From Eledone cirrhosa (lineage: Eukaryota): a stretch of DNA of 64,000 nucleotides. Positions 14,535 through 27,220 of this stretch are shown here, in pieces (the stretch's first letter is position 1; every line of letters begins with the position of its first letter). The translations under genes were made by a program, and so were the position numbers. The notes below the pieces were generated by a model. That model did no database searches. It was not told where the DNA came from and saw only the letters and a program-made list of their open reading frames with translations. The stretch covers positions 309,442,001 through 309,506,000 of the forward strand of contig OZ024741.1 in NCBI GenBank assembly GCA_964016885.1, given 5' to 3'.

Positions 14535-14797
14535 GAGAAAGGGAGAGTAAGGAGAAAAGGAGACCAAGGAGAGCAAGGAAACAAGGATAAAAGGAGAGAA
14601 AATAGAGCAAGGAGAGCAATGGGAAAAGGAGAGCAAGAAGAACAATGAGAAAAGGAGAACAAGAAAAACAAGAATAAAAGGAGAGCAAGGAGAGCAATAA
14701 GAAGGGGGTGCAGGGAGAGCAATGAGAAATGGGGAGCAAGGAGAGCAAGGAGAAAACGAGAGCAAGGAGAGCAAGGAGAAAAAGAGAGCAAGGAGAG
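14535..14797 (+). repeat. Degenerate GGAGAGCAA 9-mer array
   Basis: Directly visible. Confidence 0.8.
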
Positions 14798-15926
14798 GTT
14801 ATGGCAAATATTGCTCAAGTTATGCTGGAAGCAGATAAAGGTAAAGAAGAGGAAGAAGAAGAAAACATCAACTGAAGAGGTACATTCTGCACCAATTGAC
14901 TTTTCTTTCTTTACAAACATCGAGTCTTTTGTAACTCCTGGTACAAAAACTTTCTACACGGGATTTTCTATCAGCACCGATTTCCTTGACAAAGACCCTT
15001 AAACATGGAAGGATGATCCTGGTTACAAAAGTGGTCTTGAAAAACTTGAGAAGACAGTTGTTGTGAATGATGTTGCAGAAAGAGGTGTCAAACTCATTCA
15101 GGATTACAATTACATTCTCTCAAAAGATGAAACTGAGAAACAATTTATTTTACAGATCGTTATCGAAAACCAACTTCCACTAAATCCTCTCTTATGCAAA
15201 AATAATTGTTTCTAATTTCGGCACAAAGCCAGTACACTACTGGTACTTTATTTTATCGACCCCATAAGGATGAAAGGCAAAGTTAACCTCGACGGGATTT
15301 GAACTCAGACTGTAAATGGACGTAACTATGCTAAAAAGCATGGCGTCCAGCCCTCTACCGATACTGCCAATTCCCCGTCTTATACAAAAATAATTGTTTC
15401 TACTTTAGGCACAAGGCCAGCAACTACCCAGTGCATTACTGGTACTTTATTTTATCGACCCCGTAAGGATGAAAGACTAAAAATAATGTTCAATATTCAG
15501 TGTTCAGTGTTCACATTATGTTTTTGATTCTATAGAAATTATTGTTGTAATAAAAATGCGTTTCTCTTATAGAAGTTGTGTGCTTTATTAAGAAAACCTA
15601 ATATTTATTAAGTTTCTCATACTATTTCAGGAATTTTTCAAATTAACTATTGGTAAATTTGATTCAGAACGTTTTTAAACATTTGCTGGGTTTGCTTGGA
15701 TGTGTCCACGTAAATTTCTCTAAGAAGAAAAAAGAAAATGGTCGAGATAGGGAGCAGTATACTGCTTTTGAACATAATTAATTGTTGTGTATACTATGTT
15801 CCAACCTCAAGGCGTTTGAGCTGAAATTTTGCACACCCCGTGGTTTTGTTGATTTGAACAGGAGTAGGGAATGGGAGCACCAAATTAAAACTTTCGGAAA
15901 ATTACCGATTGCTACGGGTCACCCTA
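14798..15926 (+). mobile_element. hATm-type DNA transposon 3' relic with SINE insertions
   Basis: FLDKDP*TWKDDPGY..VVVNDVAERGVKLIQDYN..EKQFILQIV; ends in CACCCTA, the complement of a TAGGGTG-type TIR. Confidence 0.7.
15200..15478 (-). mobile_element. Two tandem CORE-type/tRNA SINE copies
   Basis: tttatcgacccc..aggatgaaaggcaaag..atttgaactc motif; same family at 23553, 56280-56925, 58838, 60455, 62095 and 62580. Confidence 0.8.
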
Positions 15927-15927
15927 A

Positions 15928-15958
<31 letters not shown>

Positions 15959-16120
15959 TTATATATATATATATATATATTTTTGCGAGGTTTTTTATAT
16001 GAATAAATTAGATTACCGATATAAAAGACACAGAAGCGAAAAGCGAAAACCAACCAAACAGTGAGTGTGTTCTGTTATTAATTCTGGCAATATTACACAA
16101 ATATGACCCTCCCCAAGTAT

Positions 16121-16178
<58 letters not shown>

Positions 16179-16920
16179 TAATAAAATAATGAATAAACAA
16201 AGAAACAGTTCCTTATATTAAAAAAATTCATCATTTTAAATAAGAGTTAGATGCAGTTGAAAAGTGCTGTTAAAGATGAGGGGAAATTAAAAGAATATAA
16301 AAATAATATATATATATATATATATATACTTATACATATATATATATACATATATATACACATACACACATATATATATATATATATACATATATATACA
16401 CTCATATATATACATATATATACATATATATACACATACACACACACACATACACACATATATACATATACATATATATAGATATATATATATACATAGA
16501 TATATACATGCACATATACATACATACACATACATATACACACACATATACACCTATATATACATATAATTATTGGGGAGGGGGGATTAAATTTATTAGT
16601 GAGAAATAGTAAATATATATAGTTTTCAAGGAACATAGAGTCATAACCTGAAGTTAAAGCATTATATATGTTTACTTAATGGTATCAGTTTTAGGAAATG
16701 ATGTTTGTAAGAAGGAAAGCAAAATTATGTAGTTCATCAGTAGTAGAATATTAATTATAGGTTAACTAAATTAAAAATAGTTTATATATTAATTTCAAAA
16801 GTGTATATTAATTAGGTTTATAATTTTTAAAGCAGAATTATGTAGTTCATCAGTAGTAGAATATTAATTATAGGTTAACTAAATTAAAAATAATTTATAA
16901 ATTAATTTCTAAAGTGTATA

Positions 16921-19363
16921 TTAATTAGATTTATAATATTTAAAGGTTTTTCTCAGTTTATGATTACACGATATTATTAATTCCTGTCGCTTATTTAATA
17001 GGATATCCTTAGATTTCATTATTTCAAAAAGTTCTTGGGAACATAATCTACATTCATTTCTACTATTTTGATAAGGGGTGGCCCTTTTGAGCACACTCCA
17101 GGTCAGGTCATATTCTATATTCCTCTTTCTATAACTATTTATTATTTCAGCTAGAGATGTTGTATTAGCTAGTGCGGCATTTTTAAAACTATGTTTGTGG
17201 GTATTAAATCTTACCTTAAATTTGTTAGAGGTAGCTCCTATATATGAATAAATTGAGTCCTTAGTGTTAACTTTACATTTATATACTATGTTATTAACAA
17301 GGCAATTTCCTTTTAATGGACAGTTTGCCTTGTTTCTACAGTTACAACTTTTCGTGAATCCTGTATCTGAGGAGATATTATGGTTAGTTTGATGTACTGG
17401 TGGTATACTCATGGTTTTTTTATATTTATATGCATTATAGGCACTTATATTTTGTTTTATGTTTTTGGTTGTTGAGTAGGAGAATTTAACCGTTGATCTA
17501 TTTAAGATTTGATGGTATTTGTGGTTTGGCGGGAAGTTTTTCTCTAGGATATTAAAGAATTTTTTTAGGTATATTATCCTTAATTTGTAAATTAAATGGA
17601 GCATTGTACCAAGTAACACGTCTATTACGGTTTCGATGTTGTTTATTGTTTTTATAGGATGCATCCTGATGTTTATTAAGAGAATTATTGTTAATGACCT
17701 CACCACACACATTTTTAGTTAGATTTATTGATTTAGGTGTTTTAGCTTGTTTATTATGAGTTTTATTATTAACATTTATTAGAGTTGTAGGATGAGTAGT
17801 TTTTTGAGAGTTACTATACTGTATATTAGAAGAGTTAGAGAAATTTGGTTTTATGTTGGTGTTTTGGGGTATAGTGTGAGTGGCATTTAGGTGTGTATGT
17901 TTCATTTGGTGTTTGTTGGTAATATTAGGTTGTATGTTTGTAGTGTTATTGGTAGAAGGTATATATACTAATCTATTTTTGTGGCCACTTCTATCTAGAG
18001 CTTCGTTATAAAAGGTCGCATTTTTATCAAATACATCTTGGTTAGACGAAAGGTTAGAAATTCTAAGTGATATATTATATGCAAGGTTTTTAAGGATAGA
18101 TTTAGGGTGATTAGATTGTGAGTGTATGTAGTGTAAATTTTGGTTGGGTTTATGGTAAGGTTGGTAGATACCCGTAGATAAGTCAAATGTTATATCTAGG
18201 AAATTAACTACTTTACTTGTGTTTTCAAATGTAATATCTAGACTATAATAGTCTTTGAGGAAAGTTCTAATAAGCTTTTTATTTTTTTCTATCTCTGAGA
18301 GGCTAAGGTTATTGGAAAGAAGAAGACAGTCGTCACGATATAAACCACCTTTAAGGTGGGGAAAAGAAGCATTTATGTTAAAAAGAAGAAAGAGGCCCAC
18401 AAGATCAGTAATTTGGGCAGAATCACTTGAGCCCATAGTAATATCGAATAGATTACTATATGTGTTTCTGGTCCAGTATTCATTCTGAAATTCCAATAGT
18501 GTTAGTCTAGCATGTGTAATAATATTAATGTCATCCAAAGTTAAGTTAGATCTATTTTTAGCAAATATCAAGGCTTTGTTCAGGAGTATAGGTGATATAG
18601 AAGAATAATAATTATCTATATCAAATTGTAGAAATGAAGCAGAGGATTTATTTCTAATATTATTAAACCAGTTAATTACCTGGGATGTGTTTTCCCAGAG
18701 TTGTAAATTAACATGTTTTCTTAGTTGTGGGATGACTCTATCTAAAAATCTTTTACTAATTATTCCAATATCAGATTTGGAAGGGCATATAAGCCTTATA
18801 GAAGGATTAGAGTTAAAGTTAGATTTATGATCTTTCAGGTTGAAGTGTGGTCTTTTCAATGACAAAGGTTCAGTTCTATCTTCAATATTAAGTCTATTCA
18901 CTATGTTGTTGATGTTGGTAAGTGACGCATTATTTGTTTTTCTATAATTTTTCCTGAGTTCTTTATATATGAACTCATTGTAATTTTCAATATCCATGTG
19001 ATATAGATTTCCAGTTTTGTCCGAGTGGACATGGATTTTTTTAGATTTTTTTAGGTCCAATAGGGTAGAATCAAGGTCCTTTTGAAAATTAGATTTATAC
19101 CTCTTAAATTTGAGGTGTTTGATTAAATTAAAAAGGTCTTTCTCAAAGTTTTCAAGTAAGGAGTTGTGTGGTGGATTTTTATATGTAGTGAAATCATACA
19201 AATATTTCCTATCAGTACATTTTGTTTTTTTATCGAAGTGGTAGGCCCTCCATCTGATTCTTCTGATAAATTGGTTGGTTTTTTGTATCATAAGAAGTAA
19301 GAAATCATCCTTAGAAGGTAATGGTATATTCTTTAAAGAAGTTCCCAAGTATTGTTTTTCCAT
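16921..19363 (-). CDS. PLE reverse transcriptase + C-terminal GIY-YIG endonuclease (~813 aa), split by one frameshift at a T7 run (17560-17566)
   Basis: SLKNIP, IRWRAYHF, SDKTGNLY, IRLICPSKSDIG, QFDIDNYYSSI, MGSSDSAQ, GLYRDD, VNFLDITFDL, SNHP, WYNAPFN | FFNILEKNFP, CNCR..CPLKGNCL..IVYKCKV..YIG..RFNTH..CRLC..LNKRQE. Confidence 0.88.
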
Positions 19364-19700
19364 TGTGATATGGATAATGGACAAGAAAAAGAGCTCAACT
19401 ATTTGTATATGGAGTTATAAAGTTATACACATATATGTATATATATAAATATATATACACATACAATATAAAAATAAGAATATCCCCATGAAAATAGGAG
19501 CAAAGTATGTAGATAAATCTACCAAAAGTTTACGGTAGTGTCCAATCCGTATGAAGAACTCAATGTAATCCGGATATCATGAAAAGAGAAGATGCATTCA
19601 AAATCTACTTTCGGTGAAAAATAAACGGAAAACAGAGTCAAGATAAATTAATAAAATAATGAATAAACAAAGAAACAGTTCCTTATATTTAAAAAAAATA

Positions 19701-19840
19701 CATCATTTTACGATCGTTTCTAGGATATATATGTGTTAGAGTTGGTATGCATATTCTATAGATCTATGTACAATATTTATACAAACTATCAGAGGGAATA
19801 TACATACCTACACATATATATGCTGTCTTCAGAAATAATG
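19701..19840 (-). ncRNA. Type I HHR with ~105-nt stem II, upstream of the PLE ORF
   Basis: Stem I CAUUAUUU/AAAUGAUG; CUGAAGA; stem II AUAUAUAUGUGU/ACACAUAUAUAU and GGUAUGUAUAUUC/GAAUAUGCAUACC; GAAAC-GAUC-GUA. Confidence 0.8.
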
Positions 19841-20326
19841 ATATTTGTTTATTGAAAAAAACAAAGATTCAATACAATAGGTCTGTTTGGGAACAGGTTT
19901 TGAATTGACCAATAGAGAGATAGTGATGGTCAGGATAGTAATATAGTAGTAGAAGAACCTTAAATTATGGGTAGAGGAAGGTAGATTTCAGTTTTGGATG
20001 GAAAAGAATATTATGAATGAAGGATTATTTTAGGGAAGAAATAGGTCTTATGCTGACCTCAGAAATAATTTTATTTTTTCATTGAATAAAACCAACAAAG
20101 ATCTAATATATTCTGTCTGTTTGGTAAGAGGTTTAGAATTAACCAATAGAAAGTTAATAATTGGCCAAATGGTAAAATAGTAGTAATTGAAACTTATTTT
20201 AGGGGTGAAAATAGGTCAGGTGGTCAGTAAAAGGTATACAAGCAGTTGCTGTTATAAAATAGTAATGCCAATACAAATATCTATGTATGTATGTATGTAT
20301 GTATGTATGTATGTATGTATGTATGT

Positions 20327-20936
20327 GTCAGGTCACCAGTTGGTGCTACTGGTAACATGTATCCCAGTACAACCTGTCTCATGGTCGGGTCGTTGGCGAC
20401 TAAACTGGCAACCCCACCAAGGTTTCTTGGTGAGGAGGGTGACTTTGGACATCCTAAAGGACTAAAAACAAAACCTGTCAAAGGGCAAAGGGGCTCTTAA
20501 GAGCCAATGGCCATCCAAAATCACCGGGAGAGATGACCCCTTAGCCTTTGTCAAGGCAGAATTCTAGGAGAAGGAAAACTCTGAGATAACACCTGCAACC
20601 CTGATGGTATCCAATGATGTTGACTTGTTCTTCTTTTTGGTAAATATCATCTTGGTTAAGAGAGAGGGACTGGCTTTGTGCAGTGCCTTTGCTCACTATA
20701 AAAGCTTCACGGGACTGGTATTGCTTTATATCTGGAGACCTCTTTGCACTTGTCGTCACGTGTTACCACGGGCCCAGCACTATGTGTCAATAATTGTCAC
20801 AAATGTAGTGTTTGTACCAGAGTTTTCAAGTCGCTGGCTGGACTAAAAGGCCACACTCGTTCAGCGCATCGGTATGGGTTCTCCTACATGGATATAAAGT
20901 AGTGGCCGTACTCGAAAACGAGTTGGCAGCCACACC

Positions 20937-20938
<2 letters not shown>
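20327..20938 (+). mobile_element. RTE-derived non-autonomous element (subfamily B, longest copy, ~610 bp)
   Basis: ctaggagaaggaaaactctgag RTE 5' motif; 3' ggcagccacacc; three copies in the window. Confidence 0.8.
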
Positions 20939-20999
<61 letters not shown>

Positions 21000-21011
21000 T
21001 ATATATATATA

Positions 21012-21402
21012 CGAGGGTAATCCCAAAAGAAAGGTCTCCAAAGCGATGGGACGCAGAGAAACTGTTTGAACTTCTGTTGGCAACACTGTTGTGATTGGTA
21101 CTTCCTTCACTCCCAAACAAGCATGCACGCGCTTCGCTGGGATGCTCAATCTTGGCTTGGCAGCCGTTGAGAATGGAGCTCCCGTTGAACACTACCGCCA
21201 AGTGCGAATTAGCGCAGTTATTATATAGAGGGCAATCCCAAAAGTAAGGTCTCCTTCCGAGGAAAACATGTGTAAAGATCAGCGGATCACTCTGAATGCT
21301 CTCTGCATTTTGGTTCCTGAGGTTTCCCGAAGCACCATACACAGGATTTTAACGGAAAAGTTGCAATATCGAAAGGAGACCTTACTTTTGGGATTGCCCT
21401 CG
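21012..21402 (+). mobile_element. mariner-derived MITE
   Basis: TA|CGAGGGTAATCCCAAAAG..GGTCTCC ... GGAGACCTTACTTTTGGGATTGCCCTCG|TA; internal transposase HTH remnant [27 protein letters not shown]. Confidence 0.9.
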
Positions 21403-21435
<33 letters not shown>

Positions 21436-21446
21436 ATGTGTGTGTG

Positions 21447-21545
<99 letters not shown>

Positions 21546-21664
21546 TATAATTAAAATTTCATACACATAACATGTATACGTGACCTTAGGTTTCAGGGTC
21601 CAGTTATGGCCACCACCGTTCCTTCTAACTCTTTGTCTTTCTATTTTTCTTCTATTTCTAACTC

Positions 21665-21702
21665 TATCTCCTGATGAAGGACTAGTGTCCGAAACGTTGT
21701 TT
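21665..21702 (+). ncRNA. HHR core with broken stem I
   Basis: CUGAUGA-A-GGAC[UAGU]GUCC-GAAAC-GUU-GUU; the stem I partner is not evident. Confidence 0.45.
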
Positions 21703-21832
21703 CTTTTCCTGCTATTTCAAGCGTTAAATTGATATATTTCTTCAGTGTGCTGTGTCGCTTGCTTTGTTATTTCTTTTTACCTTTTTACATGCATATATAC
21801 TTATATGCATATATGCATATAAGCATATATAC

Positions 21833-21908
<76 letters not shown>

Positions 21909-22193
21909 TGATTAGGCGAGATCCACTAATGAAGCGACATGCGCCGATTGTGCATTGTTGCATAATAAATGCAGACAATAGATGCTGTATGCTCTCTTGC
22001 TGCATTAAGTGTGGCCGAAACTCGAGTACATGTATAAATGTATGGTTCCCATTTATGTGTGTTGTATTGAGGCAAAAAACTTTGCGTCTAATCTGGGATT
22101 TTTACTTAACCTTAACTATTGAGTACGCTGAGATGCAACCGGTACTAGCAGGAAAACCTTATGCTAGTCCCGTCAACTTATTATTATTATATT

Positions 22194-22543
22194 ATTCAGA
22201 AGATCCCGTTAAAAGTGAAAGCACCGATTCTTTGCTTAAACTTTGATTTGTTCTTATAATTGATATATATATAGAATGGAAAACGAAAAATCAGTGATGC
22301 ATCGGAACTCAATCTATTGTGTGTTACAATTATTTTCCCGGCGAACAGCTCGTGGTGCGATCTGTGTGTGGATCGACCTGACTCTGGATTCACAGGTTCC
22401 ACGGACATGTCTGGACGTGTAACACATAATAAATTGAGTTCCGATGCATCACTGGTTTTTCGTTTTCCATTCTATCATACTCTGCTCCGTAGGAGCATAG
22501 AGTGCTCAACCGGCGTACCGCCTATGGAAGCAGCTTAGCTCCC

Positions 22544-22598
<55 letters not shown>

Positions 22599-22615
22599 AT
22601 TATAAGAACAGATAT
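22194..22615. mobile_element. Nested inverted PLE-like fragments
   Basis: 22194-22265 is homologous to 25680-25737 on the - strand; inner inverted repeat 22270-22328 / 22419-22476. Confidence 0.55.
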
Positions 22616-23288
22616 ATCCAGGTATACAACCAATTACCCTCTTTTTTAGTCAGAACCAGTCAGAGCTATTTTGTAATTATTTGTATAATCTTTTCAAATT
22701 TTCTGTAGTTCTTGATAATAATGTCGATGTAATTAGTATTAGTGGAGAAAGCGTGGGCGGTAGGTTGGTACCGTGTTACTTTAACACTTTCTCTTCATAT
22801 CATATTCCTTCTTTCTTTTCTTTTAAACATACTCTCATTAACATTTTCTTTCTCTCACTTTCCTCTCTCTCTCTCTCTTTCATTCTTCATTTCCCCATGT
22901 CTACTCCCATTAACACAGTTTGTATATATTTACACATATATATGTGTGATTGCGTGTGTGTGTATCTGTGGTTGTAAGTATTTACATATATATATTTGTG
23001 TGTATATATATATATATATAGAGGGAGGGGGATGGCTACCCACCGAGATACATACATATAAAATATAACAAATAACATATATTTGTTCTTATGTATATAT
23101 ATATATATATATGTGTGTGAGTGTGTGTGTATGTGTGTGTATATGTGTGTGTGTATGTGTGTATATGTGTGTCACTACGTGTGTCTGTGTGTGTATGTGT
23201 GTATGTGTGTGTATGTGTGTGAGTGTGCATGTGCATGTGTCTGTGTGTCTCTGTGTGTGTGTGTGTGTCTGTGTGTGTGTATGTGTCG

Positions 23289-23534
23289 TTCTGTGTCTAG
23301 TTCAAACATACCCTTATTACCATGTAATTTCTGCAATTCTAGAAGTTTCTCAAGTGACGTAAGGATATTGTAAGTCAAGGCCTTTATGCAGTTCTCTTGT
23401 TTCCTTCCAAGGAATCTGTCTTATTACCAGAGAAGCAATTATTCCTGTGTAAAAGAAGAGAAAAGGAGAAAATTGCTCTATTGTCTTATGTGTAATTATA
23501 TAATCTTCTTTACACTGAACTATATATCTATATG
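23289..23534. repeat. Duplicate of 9030-9276
   Basis: Direct sequence comparison. Confidence 0.85.
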
Positions 23535-23552
23535 GCATATGTGTGTGACTGC

Positions 23553-23705
23553 GAGGCGGTGAATTGGCAGAGTTATAGGCCACCGGTATCTGTTCCGGCT
23601 CACGGAGCCTTGAGTTCAAATGCAGCCGAAGTTAGCCTAGCCATTCAACCTTTCATTTTTTTTTATGTCGATAAATAAACAGTCCAATACTACTGGTGTT
23701 GATTT
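23553..23705 (+). mobile_element. Diverged CORE-type/tRNA SINE
   Basis: ggcggtgaattggcagag..gagttcaaat..gtcgataaataaa. Confidence 0.65.
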
Positions 23706-23990
23706 TTCTTCCACCGCCCTCCTCTCTCTCCTTCTGTCCTTTCTCTCCCTCTCACCCCCTCTCTCTCTCTCTCTCACCCTCTCTGTCAGCCCCCTCTCTA
23801 TCTCGTGTGTGTATGTATGTGTGTATCAGTGATCTTCAGACAATACTTAAGAATTACAATTGTTACTCATCCAACGGTATTGATTTCTCTCTATCACTTG
23901 AATGATCATCTTGTCACAGATAATACACATACACACACAGGCACACACCCATACACATACACACACGTACACATACACACACACACACAC

Positions 23991-24021
<31 letters not shown>

Positions 24022-24248
24022 AAAGAGAAAACACAGGTAAGCATTAAGAGAAGGATTTAATCCAGGTATTTACGACCGTTTCATTGGTAAGTGCAACCTT
24101 ATATTTTATACTTTATACTCCAAGATTGAACGGAATTCTTACAAACTTGTGGAGTTACCCCTAACCGTACGTTGAAACCATCCATGAAACTGGCTTTCTT
24201 AACCAAAAACTGGATCACAATAAGCAATTTTTTGCTTCTCTAACTATA

Positions 24249-24383
<135 letters not shown>

Positions 24384-24688
24384 GCACAGACAGAAAAATA
24401 AGGAGATATTTTGCTCAGTCTGAAAGATTGGGTTTGAGATATCCAGCGTTACCCATCTGATATAGAGAGCAGACCGGAAACGATGCCGGGGAATGCAGAC
24501 CGGAAACTATGACACCACCCAGCAGTTGTCAGTAATTATTAACAGGTTTCTAATGTCGCAGAATTGATCTTCTACATACTCTCGTTTCTATTTCCAGGCT
24601 CCAAAGAACCTCTTGTGTAGTTTCTTACATAAAACTAATACATAAGTAATTGTTTTACAAACGGAATAAGTGTAAACAAACAAAATGG

Positions 24689-25617
24689 TTCCTTCCTTGC
24701 TCACATTTCAACCAGGTTTGATGGTCTTTATTCTCTCGTTCACGATTCCACCGAATTTATATTCATAGAAATCTGGGACTTGTTTCCTTCTTCATCACTT
24801 TCTGCTGCTTAAACCATTTTGTTTGTTTACCCTAGCGTCCCCTTTATTTACGTGTCCCAACGACTTTTTTTTAGCCGTTGCTCGCACCAACCTGAAGTAT
24901 ATGGCCTTTAATGCGACGAAATGCCTACGACGGTTGGATGGCCACTGATGAGGACAAACTTTTTCATATGTAACCCATTTGCAGCGCCGCAGCTCCATTA
25001 TTATCATATTTACACATATATTTTTTCCTCCGCTGCCACCAGTCTGTTTCGTTCTTTGTGTCTTTACCCTTTCTAGCAGTCTCTCTGTTAGCCTCTTCCT
25101 CACCTTTCACTCACTCACTCTCTGTCACTACCTCTCCTCCTCCTCTTTCTTCCCGTTTGACCTGTCCGTAATCCTTTTCTCGCGGGCACTTGGCCAAGCC
25201 GGTATGAATTTTTTTCTCTCTCTCTCGTCTGCAACTTCACAGAACTTATGTTTACCGAATTCGCAGACCAGACCCCTTCTTCCTCCCGTTAGACCTGTGC
25301 GAAATTCCTTCCTTGCTCACATTTCAACCAGGTTTGATGGTCATTATTCTCTCGTTCACGATTCCACCGAATTTATATTCATAGAAATCTGGGACTTGTT
25401 TCCTTCTTCATCACTTTCTGCTGCTTAAACCATTTTGTTTGTTTACCCTAGCGTCCCCTTTATTTACATGTCCCAACGACTTTTTTTTAGCCGTTGCTCG
25501 CACCAACCTGAGGTATATGGCCTTTAATGCGACGAAATGCCTACGACGGTTGGATGGCCACTGATGAGGACAAACTTTTTCATATGTAACCCATTTGCAG
25601 CGCCGCAGCTCCATTAT

Positions 25618-25620
<3 letters not shown>
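24689..25620. repeat. 316-bp direct repeats 616 bp apart (pLTR/LTR-like partial tandem)
   Basis: 24689-25004 matches 25305-25620 with ~3 mismatches; right end abuts (TA)n. Confidence 0.9.
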
Positions 25621-25673
<53 letters not shown>

Positions 25674-25689
25674 TAAAATAACAGATTAA

Positions 25690-25740
25690 AGTTTAAGCAA
25701 AGAATCGCTGCTTTCACCCTTAACGGGATCTTCTGAAACT
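25690..25740 (-). ncRNA. Type I HHR, U4A core variant with a full stem III
   Basis: Stem I AGUUU/AAACU; CAGAAGA; CCC[GUUAA]GGG; GAA-AGCA[9 nt]UGCU-U. Confidence 0.6.
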
Positions 25741-26407
25741 AACAAAGTCAATCTGTAAACGCAGAACTGGATATTTAAAAAAACGTTGCAACCGGAGGAA
25801 GACAGGAAGACGATACTTTGGTTCATGGTGACGTTCTCTGGCAAAGAACGGGAAAAAACGAATAATACGTCATTAATAGGAGCGGTGAAAAACAATTACG
25901 TGCAAGGACAGAACCACGTTTATGGTATAAAAGAGGTCGTAGACTAATGTTCTCTAAGTGGTGCATAGAGACGTTCTCTGGCAATGAACGAAAAAACGAA
26001 GATAATAAGTCATATGTGGAGCGTGGAGAACAATAGCGTGCAAAGACAAAACCACGTAAATGGTATAGCAGAAGTCGTAGACTAAAATTCTAACTAGGAG
26101 ACCGAATGAATCTCCGCTACAGAGTTAAGAACAAAGTAAATAAATACAATACAGAAGTAATAGGAACAAATAAATACATACACGCAAACAGATACGTACA
26201 TACACAAGCATACGCAAAACCTTACCATAGGTATACAAAACCACGCACATATAAATATGTGTATGTGTGTATGCTTGTGTACAAATAAATAAATAATTAT
26301 ATAAACGTATATAAGTAAATAAATACGTATATAACAAGCGCACACACATACCTACAAATAAATACATGAAGGTTCGGAGACGTAAGTCAACTAAAACAAG
26401 AAGTACA

Positions 26408-26495
26408 CATATACACACACCCACCATACGTGGAATTCATTGGATGCTACCTGGTGCATCCAATGAATTCCACGTATGGTGGGTGTGTGTATATG
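26408..26495. other. Perfect 40-bp hairpin with an 8-nt loop
   Basis: catatacacacacccaccatacgtggaattcattggatgc-tacctggt-gcatccaatgaattccacgtatggtgggtgtgtgtatatg. Confidence 0.9.
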
Positions 26496-26544
26496 GTGCA
26501 CATCATAACGCTCGGTGGATGTCCACAATCATCTATAGTGCAAA

Positions 26545-27045
26545 GATGTATGCATTTGGTGAGTGACTCAATTACGATCAAGCTAAAATGGAAAAGTTGC
26601 GCCGGATCTGTATGTTCAATGCTCTGTTCTACGTGCGATACTGGCTGACAGCAGTCAAGTGTGCTGATGCACCATCCAATGACCTTCAATTCTACGTGGA
26701 GTTGACACAGTACAGTAAGGTTGACAGAGATCTCTCGCAGGCAGCCACTACTGCTCTGAGCAGGCATCTTTGGTACCTGACGGAGGAAGCCATTCCGCTA
26801 GCGCTGTTTTCAAGTCGGGTCCAAGAGTCCGAGAAGAAACAAATAGCCCAACGTCTTGTCAAAACGAAAACGCCTGGGCCTCTCGACCGTGGTGCTCCAG
26901 TATTTCCCGAGTTGAAGTCGTCCACGAAGCTGCCTCATCTAGTTGGGAAGAAATCAAGGCTTCTGTTCGATCTCATTGGTCTCGACGATACTTGGCTTGA
27001 GCTGTCACCTGCAACTTGGTCATCACAAGCGTCATATCAAAATGA
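26545..27045 (+). mobile_element. hATm-type transposase internal fragment
   Basis: FNALFYVRYW..APSNDL..LSRHLWYLTEEAIPLALFS..EKKQIA..W..SP..W. Confidence 0.8.
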
Positions 27046-27220
27046 CATAGAACAAACAACCAACCAGTAACATGTACATAAACAAATAAATAAACAAATA
27101 TAAACACACGCAGACACCCGGATGTAACACATGCGCAAACTAAGCACACAACACACACAAAAACAAGATGGCGTAGGACAGAACAAAGGAGAGGCACAAA
27201 AACAAAGAAAAGAATCCCCA

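Larger units (their letters stand above)
16175..20280 (-). mobile_element. Near full-length Penelope-like element (probably Nematis-like)
   Basis: RT + GIY-YIG ORF, upstream HHR, 65-bp direct terminal repeat (16175-16238 matches 19645-19710), 3' end in (TA)n. Confidence 0.88.

Noticed and set aside
16722-16945. CUGAUGA motifs in a ~115-bp tandem duplication at the PLE 3' end
   Set aside because: No convincing stem II, GAAA-stem III or stem I partner.
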